From Octopus bimaculoides (lineage: Eukaryota), in the NCBI RefSeq assembly GCF_001194135.2, contig NC_068981.1, forward strand, positions 127,429,507-127,493,506: a stretch of 64,000 nucleotides of DNA, given 5' to 3'. The number at the start of each line of letters is the position of its first letter. The first letter of the stretch is position 1. This document shows positions 1 through 14,964 of the stretch, piece after piece. Both the position numbers and the translations under genes were made by a program. Below the pieces are notes generated by a model, which was not told the DNA's origin, did no database searches, and was given only the letters and a program-made list of their open reading frames with translations.

Positions 1-653
1 AAATTATTTGTAAAGAGCCAGCTTTGTATTGTTATTTATATGTCACTGGCACCAAACGTGTGACTCCAAGCAACCAAATGCTTTTGCTGCCCTTTGAATT
101 TGCAAATTTGCAGATGCATTTCTGTATCAAGATTTCCATCCTTTTGTACAGAGCTTCCAAGGTAGATGAATGAATCGACAACCTCAAGTAACTTACCCTT
201 AACAAAAACTTTAGTGGGCTACAAACAGCAGGTTGATGCATTACAACTGTTTTTTTTTTCAAGCCCTGATCATGTTTGCAAATTTTTCTGGGCAACCTAT
301 TTTCCTTAGAATTAGCCATAGAGCATTTCGATTAACAGTATCGAATGCTTTGCTCAAATCAACAAAGCAATGGTACAGGTTTGTCTGGTCTTAGAATTTT
401 GTTCAATTTGTTTCAGTAATAGATAACTTTAAATTGATAAAGTTCCAGTTTTTTTCTTTAAAGGAACATATATCGTCAGCTCGCATGGTCCCCCTAGAAG
501 ATGTAATGGGCATAACTGTTTTATCACTTAACTTTTATGGCAATGTAAAGCAGTAAAACAAAGCAAACAGCGAGAACTTGTTTATGTTGTTTAATTTTGT
601 TCATTAATGAATGCATTGAGTCTGTGATAATGACTAAACTTTTATATATTTAG

Positions 654-795
654 GCTCCTGGTCAGGTGAATCCCAACCAAGGTATGCCTGGAGGGCAAAA
701 CCCTGGTGGACCTCCTCCTAATAACTCAGCTCCCATGAATCAGATGCCAAGGCCAGGAAATATGCCTCCAAACCAAATGAATGCTCCGCCACCAG
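654..795 (+). CDS. SS18: SS18/CREST-like gene, internal exon (upstream exons outside the window)
   Basis: tttag acceptor and G|GTCAGT donor. 142 nt, phase 0 to 1, reads APGQVNPNQGMPGGQNPGGPPPNNSAPMNQMPRPGNMPPNQMNAPPP. Phase is continuous with the exon at 7558. The N-terminal SNH domain is not in the window. Confidence 0.7.
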
Positions 796-1122
796 GTCAG
801 TTTTTGTTTTTTGCTTTAAGTAATGTTGCTCAGTTATTGTGAGGCGATGGTGTGTCATAAATAACTCAGCTCAAGCAATGTTACAGCCATTGTGCTTTTA
901 TTTCAAGATAAAACTGTTTTCCTTAATCTACCTGCCCCTCTTCTTCCCCCACCCCGAAAAAGTACAAGACCCATTTCCAACAATTATTTGTTAATAACCT
1001 ATATCGAAAAATCTAACTTGGCCCCAAGTAGGCAAACAGTTGTATAACTATTGAGAATTGTAATTTTTGTTGTTGTTGCTGTTGCTGCTGCTGCTGTTTT
1101 ATTACTATTATTTTTTTTTTTT

Positions 1123-4100
1123 CAAAGCGGACGGACGTGTCTCCAGAAGCTGTGAGTTTTTGGCCAATTTTTATTGGAAATTTTGTTTAACACTTTTATA
1201 TTTTTGAATATTTGTGTAGCGAAGCTGATTGGGCTCTTGTTGAGCTAGTCAGTTAGGTGGAGTTTTCCCCTTTTAGGGGCGAAATTTTCATTTTAAAATT
1301 TGAAATTTTGTATTGAAACTTAGATATTTTGCCAGAATGTCTTTGAAGAGAACAGTTAGCTGTTCCCTTCTTTGTCCACCACACCCCCTGCAAACAGACG
1401 ACAAGTCAAGTCATATGTCAAATGTAAACACGCTCTGCACAATTGGCGCCTTAAAAAGCAGAAAATCATCATCATGATCATCGTTTAACGTTCGTTTTCC
1501 ATGCTGGCATGGGTTGGACGGTTTGACTGGGGTCTAGGAAGCCATGAATCTGCACCAGACCCCAATCTGATCTGACAGTGTTTCTACAGCTGGATGCCCT
1601 TCCTAACGCCAATCATTCTGAGAGTGTAGTGGGTGTTTTTATATGCCACCGGCACAAGGGGCCAGAGGAGCTGGCATCGACCACGATCAGATGGTGCTTT
1701 TTACTTGCCACTGGCGTGGAAGCCAGCCAAGGCGGCACTGGCATCAGCCACATTTGGGTGGTGCTTTTTATGTGCTACTGGCACGGGGCTCACAACTACA
1801 ATTTCCATTTGATTTGGTTTTGATATTGCTGATGTTGATGTAAAGAGAAACAGCGTTCCACCTCATGCAGCACTCCTGATGAAAATGAAGGCTGTTCTTT
1901 CAAATCTGCATTCCCTGCTCTCACCATCACTATTGGTCCTACACCGGAGAAGGAGGAAGAGAGAAATAGCATGACTACCAAAGAAACCAAGACCAACAAC
2001 AAAACCCAGTGTAACGGTTTCGCATCCGCAGCTAAGTAAAGCTCGGAGGAAATCAAGGTTACAGTGGATGAAATAAAAAAGGCAAAGGAGTTGTTAAGGA
2101 AGGAGGGAAACAATGTCTTCCTTAACGCTCCACACCAATTAATACAACAGACCAACAAAATGACAATAATCTACAAAATCTTTAATATCAAACATAAAAA
2201 AATTGAAAGGACAACTCCACAGCAATTGGAGATAGTACTGAAGCCCATATGGGGCAAAAAAATCATTCGTTACTAAGGGGAAGCGATTTGGAACAGTAGA
2301 AGTTCGCTTTCCAACTGAAGAGGATGCAAAACAACATTCAACAATACCCCTCAAAACTGAGTATTTGCTGCTCGTGTTGACCAAGATAATAATTGAACAA
2401 GTACCGCCCGAACTAAATATATGCTGGCTAATGGCAGCTGTCCTCTTCGACATAGAAGATACTGCCACTATTTTGGAAATGTACAAATTGCACGGCCAAA
2501 ACTGGTCGGGTATGGGTATGCAGCTCCTTGTTCAAGTTGACCAAGGAAGCATAAATGCCATACCTGACTCTATAAATTTGCAGAACGGCACAAGGCTGCA
2601 TGTTGCTGTGGAGGGGCGAAGACCAAAGTGCTACTTCTGCAGCAGCGAAAAGCATTTAAAAGTGGATTGCCCCATTTATAAGGAAAGAATGGAGGCATAG
2701 AGAAAAAAGAAGTTGCCAGAGACATCTCCAGTGCAGCAACAGCAACAGGAAATGCAGCAGACGCAAAAACCAAAAGCGACATCACCAGACCAACACCAAC
2801 AACAACAACACCACTTTCAACAACAAAAACAACAGATAAAACTGCATTACAAAAAACTGTAATGGACCCCAAAGACATCCCCTTTCCCAACCAAATCAGC
2901 TCGGACAGTGCGAGCACTAATATCGATAAAGGGGAGTGGCACACAGTGTCACTGAAAAAGAAAAGAAAGAAGTGTAGAGACAACAGACAAAGTGGGGAGG
3001 CACAAGAAACTAGAGCTTCCCAACAACAGCAGCAACAACATTCATCAACCCCTTCTCCAGCACTACCACCGCAGACATCAACACAAATTACAACACATAC
3101 AGACATCACCACCAATATCAATGTCACAGTAATAAACACGAACAATGAACACCTTGTCACATACTTGAAAGAAAATACAGACACTACATTGGCAGATTTT
3201 GCCATACCCACACACAACACACCACCAATACACATACTTACATTTAAAATATCTGAGAACTACGAGAAAATAAGAAACAAATTTCCAAACAATGTTGGGT
3301 CGCTCAAGAAAAGTTTCTAGAAAACCTTTACAGAAATCTGGTGGAAATACCCATATAAAAGCACAAGGGAGCTACCCCACCTGACAACGGTGGTAAGTAG
3401 AGCTTTTTTTCTCCTGCATAAATCTTTTGAAACATGGTTGTGCTCAGAATTGGTAGCATAAATGTGAGAGGCCTCAGGTCGCCTTGGAAACAAGGTCACC
3501 TCTTAAACGACCTGAGGTCTTAGAGTGTGGATGTAGCAGCCATTAGCGAAACCAGGCTCTCTGACCCGTGGGAACTTGCAGCCCTTTTTGGTGAATAGAA
3601 AAATTTTCTATCTTTGTGTCAGCCAGGAGCGGGCGGTGGTGGTGCTGCGGCGCTATTTCGGCAACAAAGCGACCATTTGGTCTTTGGTGGACCAGAACGG
3701 GTGTGAGGTTTCCGAACCACAGCAGATGTATGTGGCCTTTCAGCAGCACTTTGCTCAACTGTTCGGGACGAGTGGTGGAACAGACAATGGGACAGACTCC
3801 AGTGTGTACCTGGATAGCCTGCCGCGACTCTCGGCCAATGAGGCGGAGTGCTGCGAAAGACCAATAACTGCCTGGGAAGTACAAGAAGTGATGAAAAGCT
3901 GCACGAGAGGTAGATCGCCAGGTTTGGATGGTCTACCCTACGAGCTTTACACTTCAATGCCAGATTTGTTTGCGGGCCTCTTGGCGGATATCTTCTGCAA
4001 CTGGCGACAAAACGGAAGACTTCCTGCTTTTGTTTATCGAGGAGTGGTGGCACTGCTGAGAAAGGACCCAAACAAGTGGGATGTGATAGGGACTTTAGGC

Positions 4101-6150
4101 CCATCACTCTGCTCAAGGCAGAGTTCAAGAGGTTGGCATTTGTCATGGACAAGCTGATTGGCAAGGCGCAGACATGCGCCATGCCGACCAGGTCTATCCT
4201 CGATAAATTCCATCTCATACGCTACATCATAGAAAGGGTGGGTAACAAAGCTGGCACAGGTGGGACTTTGATCAATTTAGATCAGCCTAAAGCCTTCGAT
4301 AGGGTCGACCATTGATACTTGGCAGCCGGTTTCGGTCCGGTCTTCCTTTGCGGTTGGATCACTGCTTTGTACAGCGGCATCAGCTCGGTCATACGGGTGA
4401 ACGGTCACCTTTCAGAACTGTTCAACATCTCGCATTCAGTCCACCAAGGATGCCCTCTCTCCTCCCTCCTGTACATATAATGACTCTCGAGCCATTACTG
4501 CAGAAGTTGGAGGTTTTGAAGGGTGTCCCGCGTGATCTGGGATGTGGAAGGAGCATATCTGCCTATGTCAACAACGTCACCGCGATGGTGTCGTGCCACA
4601 GGCACATCGACCTGATTGGCAAGACGCTAAACGAATACGAAGCGGTGACAGGTATGAAAATTAATGCAGAAAAGTCTGTGGGCTTGCAACTGGGCACCTG
4701 GAGGGGCAAGTCCATGCCGTCCAACAGCGTTGTGGGGTGCTGGACAGACGGTCCCGTTAAATTACTTGGGGTCTGGTTTAGTCCAGACCGCCATGTGGAG
4801 AAAAACTGGGACGAGGTGATGAGCAGGGTGGCTAATCTCACCCAGAAATAGGCCAAGAGAAAGCTGTCTCTGAAAGGTCAAGCGGAGGTGGCGAATGCAT
4901 ACATTACATCTGTTATCTATTACTGGTTGACCAAGCTGGTGCGCTTGCTCTTTGGCTTTCTGTGGATGGGTCTGATACCACTGGTCAGGCACTCCATCTG
5001 CTGTCAACAGCCGCTGAACAGAGGCTTGGGCATGCCATGGTTGATGATGCACAGACGTGCTCAGGCTACGGCACCTCAAGCGTTTCCTGGACGGTGAGCA
5101 GGTGTGGTTGCCGTTCGTCAGACTCTCCTTTCCACAGCTCGTCTACTTGACTGAGCTGCAATCTTGGATTAAACGTAGACCGAGAAAGGGCGCTTGGCAC
5201 CTCGAGTGCCATCAAGCTCTCACCGCCCTCTGCCAGGTGGGCAATGTGCGATCGGTAGTAGTTCCACTCTAGCATTCTATAGAGGGTTAGTGCAGGAAAA
5301 GTGCAACGATGTTCTCGGGGAAACTCTAGGCGTCTTTGATAACCAACTAAGCAGTCTATTTGGCAGAACTTTCGAGCCAGGGCCCATGGATAACTTCCAA
5401 AATTCCCTAGCCTGGCAATGCTACCAAGGGGCGCTGCCTGTTCGGGATAAACTCTACCAGCACGGAAGTGCCGTCAGCCAAGCCTGCCCGAGGTGCACTC
5501 AGAGCGACGAAACCGTTCTTCGTGCACTCATCCAGTGCCCGAGTATTGCTGACCTGTGGATTTATGTCGAACAGCTACTTTTGCATGTAGGACGGATCCA
5601 GCTATCAGCTGAATCTGTAGTGAAGATTGTCCTGCCGACCTCCTTTAACTGGGAGGGCAAGGCAATTTTCATTTGTCTGGTGGCTGTAGTGAAAGATGTG
5701 GTACGGTGGACCCATTTGAAAGGGCTAAAGTCAGACACTTTCCTCTTTGGCCAAGGCCTCATCAACTTTTTCAAGTTTCATTTGAAAAGGAAGGTGAGAG
5801 TAGAGAGGAAAGTTCTGTCTTGTAGCAAATTTGTTGAAAGGTGGGTGAATGTTGGTAAAATAGCCAGTATGAACAGACCAATTCTGAGATTAAACCTGTA
5901 AAAGAAGGAATATAAAGGGAGAAGGGGCTCTCTCCCCGTTTGACCAGGCTCCTGTGGCTTTTATGGGTTTTTTCACGAGTAACCTTTCAAAGTGCCTCCT
6001 CCTATTGGGAGTTTTTTTTACTTGTTAAATTTCTCTTATCATATGTTTACACGGACCTTTGTTTTTATCATCCTGTGTTTGTCCTTTCATGTTTTTGATT
6101 TTATATTAGCCCTTGTGGCCAATAAACCAGAATTAATTATTATTATTATT
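1123..6150 (+). mobile_element. Degraded near-full-length Tx1/L1-clade non-LTR retrotransposon in an SS18 intron
   Basis: ORF1 remnant has a gag knuckle CYFCSSEKHLKVDC (about 2628-2670). ORF2 starts at 3434 with an APE N-terminus (MVVLRIGSINVRGL...DVAAISETR), followed by RT motifs SPGLDGLPYELY, KAFDRVDH, QGCPL and a C-terminal CPRC..DETV..LIQC finger. AATAAA plus (TTA)n tail at 6121-6150. Many stops and frameshifts. The 5' end is approximate. Confidence 0.85.
1466..1840 (-). mobile_element. RTE-clade LINE 3' UTR fragment nested in the Tx1 ORF1 region
   Basis: Reverse (GAT)n tail tcatcatcatgatcatcgtttaacg and the ctacagctggatgcccttcctaacgccaa block shared with copies at 24185, 33187 and 38498, two of which are attached to RTE RT sequence. 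Confidence 0.8.
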
Positions 6151-7021
6151 ATTTTATATATAAGTTATTTTGCCATTATTACTAAGCATTTAGCATTGGC
6201 AATTTTGAATGCATATGTTACAGAACCTGAAGATTTAAGTATTATAGTTGCTGTCAGCTACCACGAACTTGATAGGTGGTATGATATATACTCGCAGCAG
6301 CTGTTCCATGATATTTACCTCATTTAATCTGTTGAATAGCATTTGAGAACCATACAGTGTTGGACAGTCTTGTCTTTGATGGCTTTTATTTACATCTCTT
6401 TATATTTCTGAGTTCAAGATCCATCACAGCTAATTTTACCTTCCATCTTTCTGTTGTAAATAAAATAAGTAGCAGGTACCTACTAGCTATAATCACCTGT
6501 TCCTGTTTCAAAATGTATGGCTGTGTACTTGTTAGATATCATTTAAGTTCTTATCTCTTTTAAAGTAGGGTGCTTTGTATCCATTTTGTAAAATGTTTAT
6601 TGATGGAAGTAATTTAAGTACAGAAGACTTTAAGAAGTCCAACCTAAAAGTGTCATGTTTTTGCTTTAAGGAATAAATTCTTGATTTTGTTGGATACAAT
6701 GTTTAATCTTTTATGTATGCTGTTCATCAGAAACGATCAGCATGATATAGGATACTGTATTTATGTACCAGTAGCAGTGAAGTCAGCTGTTATCTATTGG
6801 ATTGGTGCATAACTAATGACTATTTTATAATTTAATTAACAATTGATAAAAAAATAAACTGGTCATTAATTATGCACCAACCCAATAAAAGTCATTAACT
6901 CATGTGTGAACTAATACATACAGTTTATGAGCAATTTATTGGAAAACATTCTAACTTTATGGATTAGTGGTTTGAGAATAAATATACAAAATTAAATTCA
7001 GCCATGGTAGTATGGAAGAGT

Positions 7022-7406
7022 GGAGGCGCAATGGCCCAGTGGTTAGGGCAGCGGACTTGCGGTCATAGAATCGCGGTTTCGATTCCCAGACCAGGCATTG
7101 TGAGTGTTTATTGATCGAAAACACTTAAAGCTCCACGAGGCTTCAGCAGGGGATGCTGGCGAACCCTGCTGTACTCTTCCACCACAACTTTCTCTCACTC
7201 TTACTTCCTGTTTCTGTTGTGCCTGTAATTCAAAGGGTCGGCCTTGTCACACTGTGTCACGCTGAATATCCCCGAGAACTACGTTAAGGGTACACGTGTC
7301 TGTGGAGTGCTCAGCCACTTGCATGTTAATTTCACGAGCAGGCTGTTCCATTGATCGTATCGACTGGAACCCTCGACGTCGTAAGCGACGGAGTGCCAAC
7401 AACAAC
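7022..7406 (+). mobile_element. tRNA-derived SINE (family A), full length with TSD
   Basis: A-box tggcccagtggtta, B-box ggtttcgattccc, (CAA)n tail. Flanked by a 13-bp imperfect TSD agtatggaagagt/agtatgggagaat. Closely matches the copy at 60083-60469. Confidence 0.9.
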
Positions 7407-7557
7407 AGTATGGGAGAATGGATATCAATCAAGAAGAAAGGATAAAAAGTCATATAAAGTATACTCTGTACTGGTTTTATTTTTGTTTATTCTAACTCAA
7501 GCCCAATAAATTTGTTTTGGTAAAACTGTAAACGACCTCTAAACTCTTCAATAACAG

Positions 7558-7695
7558 GTAGTACTGGTATGCCAATGACATCTGCTGGTGGCCAGCCTGG
7601 TTACAATGGACCTCAGCAGTCTATGTCAGGCTATTCTCGGCCGCAAATGAATCAACAACAGCAAGCTATGATGACTCAAGGAAAATCACGTGCAG
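7558..7695 (+). CDS. SS18: SS18-like gene, internal exon
   Basis: aacag acceptor, CAG|GTAATT donor, 138 nt, phase 1-1. Reads GSTGMPMTSAGGQPGYNGPQQSMSGYSRPQMNQQQQAMMTQGKSRA. Confidence 0.75.
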
Positions 7696-8200
7696 GTAAT
7701 TCTAAATTTGGTGTTTCTGATTTTGTGAGTTGTTGAATATCTCAGGGAAAATATAAACAATATCATCTTGTCAAATTTTAAATAATATTTTTTTGTTGTG
7801 ATTGTTTTAGAATTTGGTTGTTTTTTTTTTTTTCTACAATCTGTATATACTATTTGTTAATTCTTTTGAATTCAACATCTTCACCTAAATACTCTAGATA
7901 CTCTTCCCTTGCCACTGCTAGCTCCTTAGAGCACTTTTTCCAAACACAAATCATCCAGTCCATGTGTCTGATTCTTTGATAGGCATTTTGGTGGGAGAAT
8001 GTAATTATTGATATACTCGTCATTAACCTAAGAATAGATTATGGTAGCTTGAAGATCAACTATTACAGGTTGTTAATAAATAAAGTCAATGTAAACAAAG
8101 AAAAAAATTATTGTTTTGATCTAACAAATTAGCTCTCTGTCTGTGCACATATATATTAATAAACTATGCATTATTGTTATTTTTAAATGTTTTTTTGTAG

Positions 8201-8524
8201 GTCCTCCAATGAATACTCCAAATGCTATGAACAATCAACCTGGCTATGGTCCACCTATGTCTCAACAGCAACAAGGGCCTCCTCCCCAAAGTCCACAGGG
8301 TTATCCAGGTCCTCAACAGCCTATGATGTCACAATCTTCTTCAGCTCCTCCAGGAATGTCTCAGGGTCAGGCTATGCCACCACAGCAGTCAATGATGCAA
8401 CAGAGTCAAGCTGGCAACAATCCTATGATGAGTGGGCCTTCTCCAGGACCGCCACCTTCAAATCAACCAATGGGATCGCGAGCAATGCCACCACCCAATG
8501 CCTATAGGAGATCACCATCTCAGG
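8201..8524 (+). CDS. SS18: SS18-like gene, internal exon
   Basis: ttttttgtag acceptor, G|GTAGGC donor, 324 nt, phase 1-1, QPGY/M-rich. Ends MGSRAMPPPNAYRRSPSQG, resembling the recalled SS18 segment MGQRQIPPYRPPQQG. Confidence 0.8.
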
Positions 8525-10206
8525 GTAGGCTCAATATGCAAGGTGAAAGACACTTTCAGAAAATTCTTTTTTTTTACACATTTGTCTTTTTATTTTCCCT
8601 TTCCATCAAAGCCTGCTAATCCTAAGTGATTTTATTGGAAAATTTTGGAATATTTTTATTTTTTGTAAGTATTTATTAGCTAGTTACTTTCAATTATTTA
8701 ACTGGAATCAAATTAAAAATAAGTTCAGAGAGACAAGTCTTTGGTCTATTTTCATTCTCTCTTGTCACTTTATCTTTTCTCTTATGCTGAGTTACATGTC
8801 CTTGTAACTTGTGGGAAATTACGGGATCTAAAAGAGTAAGCAGTCACATAAAGTTGATAATAAACAAACAATCCTCCTTTAAATTTGCTTTGTCTGCATA
8901 ATTTTGCCCCTAAATTTTCTGTAGCACAGATATTCACATATCGAGTGTATTACTTTTTTTAAGTCTCTGTTACTCTCTCCTACTCTGTATGATTTGGGGA
9001 TTGAAATATACCCCTAGAGATTGGCAGTAATGCAATCATTTCACAGATTAAATCTAATGTTTTATAGGCAATAAATTAGCTGTTAGCACCAGACAAAATG
9101 CTTTGCAGTATTTATTCCAGCTTTTTGTGCTTTGAATTCAAATTTTGCAAAGGTCAACTTTGCCACTCATCTTCTGGAGTTAACAAAAAAACTCCCAGTC
9201 TTGGGCAGTGGACTGACAGAATCATTGGAATGTCGAATGGGATGCCTAGTGTTATGTGTTCTGGTTTCTTGCATTCAGAATTCAAATCCTGTTGTGGTTT
9301 ACATGAGTGGTAGATTGAATCTATTGCCTACTTTCACAATATCTCCTGGTCTTTGTATGCCGTTAGCACAATCCATTCTGTTGTAGCCATTCCTCTTCCT
9401 GTCTTGGGGATCCTGTAAAAGATCATGGTCAATGCCCTTCCCTCCTGATGAAATGATTAAAAAATATATAGCTATATAGAGTCAAGTATAATTAACTATA
9501 ATGGAAAAACTGCTAGTTCTTCTTCATTCTTGGAAACTTGAGTATTATTGTTTGTTTACAGAAAATATTGAGGTGGTAAAATCTTTTACTTAAATCTAGT
9601 TTCCTGAATTAAACTTAGTTTGAGTTAAAAGAAATATGTTTATGCTATAATTTCATATTACCAAATTATTTGATTTCTCTGGACTAGTACTTATATCCTT
9701 AATCAAAAAGGATGCAGGAATTTGAAGATTTCTTAATAGACAACATTATATTGTTTAAAAGTCGATTGAGGTGGCAATGAATTTTGAACTGTTCATTAGA
9801 TTGGAAATTGTTTTAAAAAGAAAGAAAAGCAAAGAAGAAAGGGTGACATTTGTATGTGTTTTGCACGAGTTGTTCATTTCAACATTAAATGCACTGTCAC
9901 TTTGTTTAAGCAAGTACTTGCATGAATCAAGTTGAAAACCTGCTTCTGCTGGGTCTCATCAAACAAGACAATTGTACCTCACTCTGGTGAAATTTTATGC
10001 CCTAGCTATTAGAAATAGTAAATTCTAATTCTTAAGGGTGTCTCTGTCTCATCAAGCAACTGTGACATTTATAATTATTTTAGAAATGACAAACTTGTTC
10101 CAAGATATCAATATTTATTTGGAGTATGCCGTAAAAATGCAAAATTTTATGTAGATGATGTGTCAACCTATTGAGAATGAATTTTTGCTGATCAAATTTA
10201 TCTTAA

Positions 10207-11484
<1,278 letters not shown>

Positions 11485-14400
11485 TGTAGCAACCTCATTG
11501 TGTTTGATACAATGCCCTACTCTCCTTCCACTTGACCTCGTTCACCACACTTTTTTTTTTTTTTGACCTTCCCTTCCATGGCTCTCGTAAAGGACAATTA
11601 AAGGCAATGGCCAGGACAGTGGTAGTATCACTTGACTAAAAGCTGTCTTGGCTCTAGGTCAAATCCCACCAGAGTTGACTTTGCCTTTCATCCCTAGTGG
11701 GGTGGGACGGGGTGTAAAATATGAAGCACATGTAATTTTACTGGTGTCAGTTAAATCTCAGCTCAACCCTATACTTTTCCTACAAAGTATTGATGATGTA
11801 TCTTGAGAAAAATTATTGTTATTATTAAAGATGGTAAAGCACTGGAAGAGATGCTTTAAATGTTGGATTTGGTATCTCTCTTTTCAAAGTTCAAATCCTG
11901 TAAGTGTTGATGAAATAATTACTTAAAATATTAGGAATGGGTAAAATTTGGGCTAATGCCTATCCAGAGAATTACTATTATCATTATTATGTAATGTCAT
12001 GAGTGCCATAGTTTGCAGAATTTGGTTCTCAAAGAACTACATGTGCATCCTGGTTTCATTTCCCTCATAAAGGATCAAGGAAAAGGCATTTCTCTTTCCA
12101 CATTCATTTTCCTCTCTTGCAATAAATTCAAGGCTTTAAGAATTCATTATTGTTATATCACTGCTGTTACTGAAAATAGTAATGGTGCAGTTGCTTGAGA
12201 GAGCTGGATAGGCTGTTTTTGGTATCACTTCAATGCCTTGTTCTAAGCTCAAATCTAACTAGGATCAGCTTTGCCTTTCATCTCACCAGGACCAAACGGC
12301 ACATTGTGGGTTATTCAGTCGACTATACTTTTCCTTCCTACAAATTTGGCTGTGTGCCAAGAGAAAATAAACCATTATTATTTGTAGTGTTACTACGACT
12401 GAATGAATTAAACATTTTAAAACTTTTACCGAGAAAGGTGGGGAAAGTGGAAAGCTGTTGAACTTGTATGGTGGTATGAGGAGAAGGGGCTGAACTAACA
12501 CCCTAGTTGGGATCTGGACTGAAGCACCATGCTCAGATGGCTTGCTAATTGTGCTACATTCTCAGATTTGGCCCATTCAGGTATTTTTATATATTTCTCT
12601 TTCTATGATCATTTGTGATGATGTTGCTAGGAAATACAAAACAAAACAAAGTGACTCTGAAATCTAATGCAAAGGTTTTGAAGTACTTGTGATCACCAGC
12701 ATTATGGGTATGTGTGTATATACGCATTTCAGTTGTGCGTAATACTGTCAGTGCAAACTGTACAGGTTTTCTCCCCACTCCCTTTTTTTGTGTAATTCCA
12801 TTTTACCCTAACCAAGTCACGTCCACATGCAAAACATAAACACAAAAGAAACATTACAAAAAACTTCTCATAATCACCAATTAACATCACAGTTGCCTTG
12901 TATAATTAATTATCTTTAAAATCAGCTCAAAACTTTTTTATGGTCTTACATAAAGTGTTTTTCTTTTCCCTCCTTTATTTGGAATTGTTATGTTTATTTG
13001 CATTTAAAAGGGGAGTGAGTTAAGTGTGAAAGTATTTATAGTATTTAAAAGCTTTTTTTTTTTCTAATTTTTATTTATTTTTCTTTTTTAATATTTGAAA
13101 CTTTTAAGCTTATTTGCATTTAAGCATGGGTGGGTAAAGAATGTATGCGAGTATTTATATATTTGAAAGATCTTTTTCCCCTGATTATTGAAACAGAAGA
13201 ATATGGGTTGAGATTTTTAAATGTATTTTTAAATTTAAATTTTTTTTAATGCTTTTCCTTTCTCCAAAGAGTTACCATGTATGTTTGTATATAAATGTGT
13301 GTGTGACTATTTTAATCATTTTTTTAATATCAGTTATCCATTTAGAAAAATTTTTATATTTTCTTCTGACAGTGCAATGATTGAATAAAAGATTTTTCCT
13401 CTTCATTCCTAATACATATTTTTAGTCAGTTTGGCTGCTTCTATCCTAAACAGCATTGTTTGATAAGAAAGACTTTTTGAAAGGAGCAGAAATGAGAGAA
13501 ATCTTATATTCTTCCATTATTTACTATTAGTAGTTATTATTTCTGTAGTCTTTAGAAGTTTATAACACCTTAGTGGATATGGTGTGCCTCTCATCTCATG
13601 AATAATGAGTTCGGATTTCATCACAAGCTTTGTATTGTCCTTAGGAAAAGTGCTTCATGCTTGTTTGTCTTGGTCTGGCAAAAAAGGATGGGTGTCACCA
13701 GGTTGCAAAAAAAGCTCTAGACAAAAACAGCTCTGGCCAGCTGTTGCAATAATCCTAACTTGTTTAGGAATGGTATTTTGTCTTTTTGTTTGTTGTTATT
13801 GATAGCTCATGAGTTGTACAGTCTGTTTGGAACCAGAGATTTCTCATTCTTACCAAATGGAGACACAGTGCCTACCAGATAAATAGCAAACAAGCATGGA
13901 GGAGACTTTTTTCTTTTTTTTTTATGGGCAGGCATACTAACTCTAACAGTCCACTATAAAAACAACTTTTTTTGTTCTATCTTTATGGCTTGGGTGGGAG
14001 AATGAATGAATTTATGATACATGGGTTCGATATCTTCAACATCACAACCACTATCATTGTCATTTTCATTATCATCATCATAATCATCATCATCATCATT
14101 CTCATCATCCTCATTGGTAATTAGCCTTCAACATGTGCTGGACTTAAATTGTAGGTGGGCTTCTCTATGAACCTAAAACTATATCTTTTGCCAGAGTTGG
14201 TCAACATCAGTTTTAATAATAAAAAAAAATTTGAAAATTGAAATCTAATAAACTCAGCTTTAATTGAATCTAAGGACTCCATTTCATTTCAAATTCAATG
14301 TGGAGTCGCTATTGACTTTGCAAATTTATATTTTTATTTTATTATTAATATTTCCCATTTTCCATTAATACATTATCATTTCCCAACTAATTTTTAACCG

Positions 14401-14639
14401 CCAGGAACCAATTATATATTTTTTTCTTCTCTACTCCACCTCCATACTGCCTCGACTCTTGTAAAAACAAAAAAAATATTTCCACAATAATAAAGTTAAT
14501 TAAAAAAAAAACTGTGCTTCCTGATACAAAACATCTTTCTTCAATGATATTTATATAAGGTTTTGAAAAAATAAATTTTGAAAAATGTGTGTAAAAAAAT
14601 ATTAGGAAAGACAAAAGTTGTACTTTCCGTCAATTGTAT

Positions 14640-14786
14640 GCTATATGTGTGTGTGTGTGTATAGATGTGTATGTATGTATATATATGTATATCTATCTAT
14701 ACATATATATATATATATATATCTATAATATGTCTATGTATATTTATATATAGATATATGTATATTTATATATATACACATATATA

Positions 14787-14821
<35 letters not shown>
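14640..14821. repeat. (TA)/(TG) compound microsatellite
   Basis: Directly visible dinucleotide runs. Confidence 0.9.
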
Positions 14822-14824
<3 letters not shown>

Positions 14825-14964
14825 TAAGGGAGGTATTGGTGTCAAGAAGACCCAAAGGTGTCGCATTATGCTGAGTAAGTGCTATGGATAGACTATAGTT
14901 TAGCTCCAGGTTCGGTGATTATGTGAATGAGGAGTCCAACATCAGTCATATATCAGCATGCGTA

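Noticed and set aside
7022-7095. tRNA genes at 7022, 59199 and 60083
   Set aside because: These are tRNA-like A/B-box heads continuing into SINE bodies with tails and TSDs.
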